This document shows positions 60,636 through 64,000 of a stretch of DNA of 64,000 bases, one piece after another. The translations under genes and the position numbers were made by a program. The notes beneath the pieces were generated by a model. The model had not been told where the DNA came from, did not search any database, and saw nothing but the letters and a program-made list of their open reading frames with translations. The stretch is from assembly GCF_009834535.1 (NCBI RefSeq), contig NC_045718.1, positions 20,770,001 to 20,834,000 of the forward strand, read 5' to 3'. The stretch is from Camelus ferus. Taxonomy: Eukaryota. Position 1 is the stretch's first letter. Every line of letters begins with the position of its first letter.

Positions 60636-63149
60636 CTCACACACCTCCTTAGAAGGAGGCTCTGCACTGTGGGCCCTGACTTGCTCCTTCCTTCTGGCTC
60701 CTGCCATCCCCCCAGAGACTTCTTACTAATGTTCCCTTCCTTTTCTGCAACTCCAAGTCCATCCCTTCCCTCCTTCCTCTCTCTGATCTGCAATATCTTC
60801 AAACAACCACCACCACTATAATGGTGACAACTACCCATATCCCTGGTGTCTTTCCCTTGTGCCCTGATTCTCTCAGAAGATTCAGGAAACATTTCAGGAT
60901 CTCATCTGTGCCTCCAAGTCCACACCAGGCCTGGTGGGTGGATGCGTGCTGTGGAATCAAGTCAGAAAGGTTTTCACAACATTTATACAATACTTGAGCA
61001 TCTAGTTCACCCTTTTAATCTAGCTTGACCCTCATGAGACCCAGGAGGCAGACAGGGCAGGCATAATGAGCCCGTTTATCAGGTGAATCACAAAGGTTCT
61101 AAGAAATCGAGGAGGTTGCCCGAGGCCACGGAGCTCCTAGAAGTTGGATATGTAAGGAGAATTCTTGGCTCAGGTCCTAGATCGCATGCCCATTTCATCA
61201 CACCACGACCCGGCACAACTCACCACTGGCCTGTTGGAGCGTTCAGTTTAGATTCCAGACAAAGAGGAGTTTGCCAAGTGAACAAGTTCCAAATAACGAA
61301 CTTCACTGCGGGTGCCAGGAAGCCCTAATACGATGCCAGGAGCAAGGGCAGAAACAATGGTCATTATGTTCCACTCCCATAAAACTCCATTGGTTCAAAA
61401 ATTCCCCTCATATGTGCTGTTCCCTTTGATCTCTGCTGCCGACATGGAGGCAGAGGGAATGTGACCTGACTGCTGGAGAGACGCTGGGCTGAGAAACGGC
61501 CCCAGGGTCCCTACTTCCCAGGCCAGGGTCCTTCCCCTCCCAGATGAACAACAGTCCCGGACTTGCTCCTTGGCACACAGGCTCAGAGGTTCTGGGCTGG
61601 TCAATCTGGCAACCAGTTTCTCAGAAGAGTCGGGGAGGTAACCAGGACCTAGAAAGTGGTTTCGAGGAAATGTGGCCAAGGGAAGAGGGCTTGGGGAGGG
61701 AAAGAAGGGCCTGGCAAGAGGCTCAGAGCAGGCCCTGCTGAGCCAGCAGCCCTGACAGCCCCCAGCCAGCTGCCAGGCCGAGCCCCCAGTGAGTCTGTGA
61801 GGAGGAGGGGACTGAGGGGCGGGACAGTGGGGGTCTCCGGGGTTCTCGTGCCAGCAGCAAAGTTTGCTCTGAATCCTTGACTGGGCTTTGAGTCTCCTTC
61901 TCTACGAAGCCTCTGGGGATTAACCCATCCCCTGGAGCCCTTCAGCAGGGCCACGGCTAATCTCTGTGATGCCATCTGGGGGGTGTCAACATGCGGCTGT
62001 AAGGGTAACAGGATGCGTCCTTTCTCCCCTCTTTCACCCTCTTCCCAGTCCACGCGGTAAACACACTTCGGAAACAATGCCCCACTATCCCACTCGCCAG
62101 GGTTCTGGTGCTGGTTCCCCGGTGTGACAGGGAGGGGACAGGCTAAGCGGATAGCTGGAATATCACATGACTTCAGTCAACAAGGAAAGGGAGAGGAAAC
62201 AAAGAAATGCACAGGAGAACAATGCAAATGACATTTCATCCACACAGATCTTCTTGCCACGCCTGCCCCCATCCTCTGTGGGGGGCCAGTTCCCAGGGGA
62301 ATCTGGTATCCCCTATCCAGACATCCGGGGTGTCCCTCACTGCAGTGCCCTAGCCTGCTGTCTTCAGCTGCCATTGTGGTGAATGGCTGGGCTCATACCC
62401 ACTTCAGGCATGGCCCACCTCAAGCACAGGCCCTGAGTCTTTCTGCTTTGGGCCTTGGGGCTTCATTAGCGCCTGGGGATCCTTTCCCACTCACTGCAGG
62501 GGCAGCCCTGAAGTTTGGGGAAGTTGACAGCTGCAGGGGCAGTCCCTCATCAACAGGGGAACAGGAGGTGGTGGGTGACTGCCCAGCCTCCCATAGAGCT
62601 GTGATCCCTCTGTCTACAGTGGTGGCCTCAGTAGGGCCCCCAATATTGGCTTTTTGTCATCCCTTTTTCTTTCTATGCCCTCTGCTCCCTGACCCATTCC
62701 AGGAATCATCTCCCAAATAACTTCCTGCACCCAAAGCCTTATATCAGGCTTGGCTTTAGAAGGAACCCTAACTAAGACACCGTTTACCTGGACGAGGTGC
62801 ATGGTTGTCTCTGCCTGTTGCTCCCGGCAGCCTTGCCTGCCTCCTTGGTGGGTTTGGTGTGGTTTTACTAAGGACAGTGAAGGAGGAGAGGCTGCAGCCT
62901 GGTGATCCAGCTCCATTCCTGTAGCAGTTGTCCCGCCGCAGCTCCCCTCTCTGAGCCATTGTGCTGAACCCCTGGAAAAAGAGGAAATCCGAGTGGCTAA
63001 GAGGCAAGGCTCTGAGGACAACTGCCAGCATCTGAATCCTGGCTCTGCCACAGTGCCTTGGGTGGGGGGCAGAGAGGGGACAAGGAGGACCCCCCAGGAG
63101 CCTGGCTCCTTACATTCCTCAGTGGCTTCCTTGTTGGTGGTCCTGGTGG

Positions 63150-63288
63150 CAGGGCCAACTTCATAAACGTGTGACCTGCGCTTGGTTAAATGCTCTGTTG
63201 TTGCCATCTGGAAAATCTTTACATTTTTGAACAGGGGACTCCACATGTTCATTTTGCACTGAGTCCCACAAACTGGGTAGCTTGTCCT
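63150..63288 (+). mobile_element. MER45A-like MITE
   Basis: CAGGGCCAACTTCAT...TTGAACAGGGGACTCCACATGTTCATTTTGCACTGAGTCCCACAAAC. Confidence 0.7.
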
Positions 63289-64000
63289 GCCTGGTGGCTG
63301 GAATCTTGGGGAGATTGCAGAGAGGCCCCTGCAAATGATGAGAGCAATGCGAACCCTGTCTTCTGGCCAAGCTGGGCTCATTGTTTCTTCCCTCCTTGGA
63401 GCAGAGCAGAAAGCGCGGGCACAGTGGGAGCTTTGATCCCGGCCCCTGTGACAGATGGGGCTCCTGGGGGCGGGGGAGGCCTTTGGAGTCAGCTGGTTCA
63501 ACCCCACCCAGAGCTGTGATCTCCTACCCAGCACCCGTGGCGCCGGCTCACCCAAGCCTCTTTGTGAATTCTTCTAATGGCAAGAAAGGCCCCGTTTCAT
63601 TGTTGATTCAAACTGTAACCACCCCTTACTCTTATGGAGTGTTTTAAGGTTCTCCCAACCTTTTCACAAGGATTATCTCGTTGGATTCCCACCAACACTC
63701 TATGAGATTGGTATTTTCTTAGGAGTAGAAACTGAGACATTGTAGATGAACAGCCTTGGCTGCCCCACTCAGCCTTTCCTTCTATCAGCCGTTGAAATCT
63801 CACTTCACCTAGGACATCTTTCAGCCTATCAAAAGAGAAGGAGAAACTCCTTAATTCTTTGTAGTACTAAATTATTTCCCCCACCCACAACCCCCCAGGC
63901 TGTAGGGAATACAGTGTCTTTTTTTCAGATGTGCTTTATTTTGAATAACAGTCATGAAAGCGGCAGGAGCTAAGCAGACTTTTAATGAACTAAAACTTAT

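Noticed and set aside
60398-60652. Cys/Pro-rich ORF resembling a keratin-associated protein (PSCTPS repeats)
   Set aside because: Explained by the C-rich degenerate tandem repeat; lacks the CC-rich pentapeptides and cluster context of KRTAP genes.
62614-63555. Longest ORF in the track (313 aa, minus strand)
   Set aside because: No recognisable domain. It runs through a MER45A-like MITE, has the composition of translated GC-rich non-coding DNA, and has no promoter or splice support.
1-64000. Prokaryote-type systems (CRISPR arrays, operons, defence islands)
   Set aside because: The sequence is mammalian, with spliceosomal introns and SINE/LINE/LTR repeats; no regularly spaced repeat-spacer array was seen.

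Overview
Mammalian genomic DNA, most likely a camelid (alpaca or camel). The evidence is three copies of a tRNA-derived SINE with the Vic-1-type 3' motif CCTAATTACCTCCCCC. The window holds one protein-coding gene, NEK2 (NIMA-related kinase 2), on the minus strand. It has 8 coding exons, ATG at 25391 and TAG at 15281-15283, predicting 444 aa; the poly(A) signal is at 14694-14699 and the CpG-island promoter at about 25180-25760. Exon 3 runs into a 180-N assembly gap that hides the HRD/DFG/activation-loop segment. The rest of the window is intergenic and dense in interspersed repeats (MIR, L2, L1, MER DNA transposons, MaLR and ERV LTRs). I found no convincing undescribed multi-gene system. The most interesting points are local: apparent loss of the NEK2C alternative acceptor, a sense-strand LTR poly(A) signal in intron 7, GC/CpG-enriched patches in exon 6 and at the stop codon, an RFX X-box in the promoter, and an LTR that seems to keep a primer-binding-site stub plus a duplicated LTR end. 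Repeat family names and human NEK2 comparisons come from my recall of consensus sequences, not from a database search. Boundaries of old repeats are approximate.
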